Shown here: positions 28,132 through 29,971 of the stretch, piece after piece | Layout of the letters: every line of letters begins with the position of its first letter | Position numbering within the stretch: position 1 is the stretch's first letter | DNA from: Bacillota bacterium | GTDB lineage: Bacteria > Bacillota > Clostridia > Clostridiales > Clostridiaceae | Direction: 5' to 3' | Length of the DNA: 29,971 nt | NCBI GenBank assembly: GCA_021781655.1 | Contig: JAJXWJ010000040.1 | Span: 1-29,971 of the forward strand | Position numbers and translations under genes: made by a program | The notes under the pieces: generated by a model | The model's database searches: none | The model's input: only the letters and a program-made list of their open reading frames with translations | Told to the model about the DNA's origin: nothing

Positions 28132-28494
28132 ATGGTGTTAGACGATTTGCTGGGAGCCAACGGTATTGGTGGAAGTAATAACAATTTGATAATATGGGTA
28201 GTTGTTTTAGTTTTAATATTTGGTTTTGGAAATGGAAGAAATATGTTTAATCTAAATTTTAGTCAATGTGAGCCTAAGGAAGGATGCTGTAGTTCCCATG
28301 GTAAGCATAAGAGAAGATATTCCTCAGATTGCTCTTGCAGTGATAACCTCAATATGGGGCAAAATGGTATAAATAATGGCTTTGGTTTTGGAAGAATAAT
28401 AGGGAATAATGGTTTGTTTATTGCAGCAGTAGTATTGCTTTTATTTTTGTGTAGAGAAAAGGAAAGTGAACCTGAAAGTTCAAATGAGCAATAA
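28132..28494 (+). CDS. Cys/Gly-rich small double-TM protein (module 2a), paralog of 27406-27735
   Basis: The central region reads LIIWVVVLVLIFGFGNG ... CEPKEGCCSSHGKHKRRYSSDCSCSD ... GFGFGRIIGNNGLFIAAVVLLLFLC. An AGGAGGG RBS precedes it. Confidence 0.6.
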   Translation: MVLDDLLGANGIGGSNNNLIIWVVVLVLIFGFGNGRNMFNLNFSQCEPKEGCCSSHGKHKRRYSSDCSCSDNLNMGQNGINNGFGFGRIIGNNGLFIAAVVLLLFLCREKESEPESSNEQ

Positions 28495-28511
28495 TATAAA
28501 GGAGCTAAATC

Positions 28512-28796
28512 ATGCCGAGAAGAAAGCATCATCATAAGAAAAATATATCAAATGACTATAGTACTCTAGATTTTAGTAGAGTTGCGGAATTAATTAGTGC
28601 ATTAAATCTAGACAAATTATCTTCAGTAGTTAATAGCATGGAAGATAGCGAAGTGGCGGCAGAAAAAAAAGAAGAAGACTTTTCGGAAAGAGAACAGATT
28701 ATTTCATCTATTAGAAATTTAGTCAATGCAAATAAGGTAGAATTAGTAAAGGTTTTTATAGATTTGTATGCAGCAAGTAAAACAAAAGCTAATTAG
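28512..28796 (+). CDS. Small hydrophilic protein (module 2b) with a basic His-rich N-terminus and an LxxLNLDKLSSVV repeat
   Basis: An AAGGAG RBS lies 7 nt upstream. Confidence 0.5.
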   Translation: MPRRKHHHKKNISNDYSTLDFSRVAELISALNLDKLSSVVNSMEDSEVAAEKKEEDFSEREQIISSIRNLVNANKVELVKVFIDLYAASKTKAN

Positions 28797-28929
28797 GGTT
28801 AGCTATATTGATAAAAAATTGTAAGTAAGTATTATCACAACTTTAAAATGATTGAATAAAATATAGTATGAACAAAGGATGGAAAATAATAAAATAGTGA
28901 ATAATTAGCCAAGAGGAGGGCTTAAAAAA

Positions 28930-29217
28930 ATGAGTAAAAGAAGAGAAAGTAGTTGCTGCTGTGTAAATAATCAGATTCCAAGTGGAATGCCACTTAATAG
29001 AAGCTGCTGCTGCAGCTTACCAACACTAATTATTTTAATATTAATAATATTACAATTTGGAAGAAGAAGAGGTTCAAGTTATGAAGGAACAGATGAAGGT
29101 AGTAGTGGAGGAAGATTAATTGATAATAGCTTATTGTTCATAATAGCTTTATTCTATCTATCCTGCTGTAATTCTTGTAATAGAGGTTCAGGCATGGGCA
29201 TGGGTATGGGCTTTTAA
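28930..29217 (+). CDS. Cys-rich small double-TM protein (module 3a)
   Basis: It reads SSCCCVNNQ...SCCCSLPTLIILILIILQFGRRRG ... LSCCNSCNRGSGMGMGMGF. A GAGGAGGG RBS precedes it. Confidence 0.6.
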   Translation: MSKRRESSCCCVNNQIPSGMPLNRSCCCSLPTLIILILIILQFGRRRGSSYEGTDEGSSGGRLIDNSLLFIIALFYLSCCNSCNRGSGMGMGMGF

Positions 29218-29235
29218 AAAAATATAGTACAATAG

Positions 29236-29418
29236 AAAAAAATTACGCACTAACTCTTAAGCTTAAATTGTTAAAAAGTGAAACGCATTATATATTAATT
29301 GACATTTGACAATGGACAATTGACAATGATTGTGGATTTTTCTACGCTACTCTACGAAAAATCTTTAAACAATTTAATTGCCTAAAGGCAATTAAAACTT
29401 CCTACGTTTCACTTTATA
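29236..29418. repeat. Copy C (~180 bp) of the MITE-like element, inserted between modules 3a and 3b
   Basis: Its ends gtgaaacgcatt...cgtttcac match the family. It carries a TTGACA array and hairpins gatttttc-N13-gaaaaatc and ttaattgcc-taaa-ggcaattaa homologous to copy B. Confidence 0.85.
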
Positions 29419-29487
29419 ACTATTTTTAAAAGTAACTTAGTTCGTAATATTATTTTATTGTACCGAAAAAATATTGAGGTGTTTATT

Positions 29488-29736
29488 ATGTCTGGCAGCA
29501 AAAAGAGAGATTCTAAAGTGGAAAATGGAAAAACATCTAAAAATGAAGTGAATGTAAAACCAAATAAGCTCAATGTTAATGAAGCTATGGATATGTTAAA
29601 GAATGTAGATAGTAATCAAATACAGCAAATGTTAAACAATATAGATGTTAATGAAATTCAAAATGCTTTGAAAAATATAGATTTAAAACAGTTATCCATG
29701 CTTGTAAATATAATAAATTTGCTAAGTAGAAAATAA
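29488..29736 (+). CDS. Small hydrophilic protein with 12-residue N[VI]DxNQIQxxLxN repeats (module 3b)
   Basis: Repeats are MLKNVDSNQIQQ, MLNNIDVNEIQN and ALKNIDLKQLSM. A GAGGTG RBS lies 6 nt before the ATG at 29488. The ORF-track TTG at 29458 has no RBS. Confidence 0.5.
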   Translation: MSGSKKRDSKVENGKTSKNEVNVKPNKLNVNEAMDMLKNVDSNQIQQMLNNIDVNEIQNALKNIDLKQLSMLVNIINLLSRK

Positions 29737-29868
29737 TTAATAATTTTAGTTAAAAGCACAAATTAAAGAAATAAGAATATTATATAGTAGGTGTCTAGTA
29801 AATAGATATCGAGACAAAAGATGCAAAATGATACATCATGTAGGCTATAAAAAAGGGGGAAAGAACAA

Positions 29869-29971
29869 TGAGTTGTTGTGCAGATACAGTAAATTACGGC
29901 GGATATGCTGGCCTTGGAAACTTGGGAGGAAATTGTTGCTGCAATTTACCAAGCTTAGTAATATTAATATT
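29869..29971 (+). CDS. 5' part of another Cys-rich small TM protein (module 4a), truncated by the window end
   Basis: MSCCADTVNYGGYAGLGNLGGNCCCNLPSLVILI parallels the CCCSLPTLIILILI of 28930-29217. An AAGGGGGAAAG RBS precedes it. Confidence 0.55.

Noticed and set aside
28263-28535. 90-aa minus-strand ORF
   Set aside because: It is antisense to the Cys-rich gene at 28132-28494, which has a strong RBS. It has no signals of its own.

Overview
This is a low-GC, Clostridium-like Firmicute chromosomal segment, inferred from composition, codon usage and gene content. The first ~8 kb is mostly housekeeping and regulatory: a DUF4342-like membrane protein, a soluble MCP, DegV, UppP, GpmA, an SOS-regulated Y-family DNA polymerase and a Crp/Fnr regulator. 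A five-gene sugar operon follows at 8.8-15.9 kb (ManA, SASA-type acetylesterase, GH1, ROK kinase, GH36 alpha-galactosidase) with a convergent GntR/HutC regulator. It resembles a (galacto)glucomannan utilisation locus of the gmu type. A duplicated FtsX-like permease / MacB-type ATPase transporter locus lies at 17.2-22.1 kb, and one copy is an in-frame fusion of a permease N-terminal fragment to the ATPase. Next come a flotillin-like SPFH protein, a GGDEF-EAL sensor and a DUF218 protein. From 27.4 kb to the window end there is a repeated two-gene module: a Cys/Gly-rich double-TM mini-protein plus a small hydrophilic protein with 12-residue repeats. The module has a conserved upstream motif and a MITE-like repeat inserted in it. 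That MITE-like inverted-repeat element occurs three times in the window, at about 5.36, 15.93 and 29.24 kb. Compensatory base changes in its hairpins suggest it is a structured element. A 94-bp tandem direct repeat of 3.2 copies lies at 122-424. The Cys-rich module cluster and the repeat family are the most likely candidates for undescribed biology.
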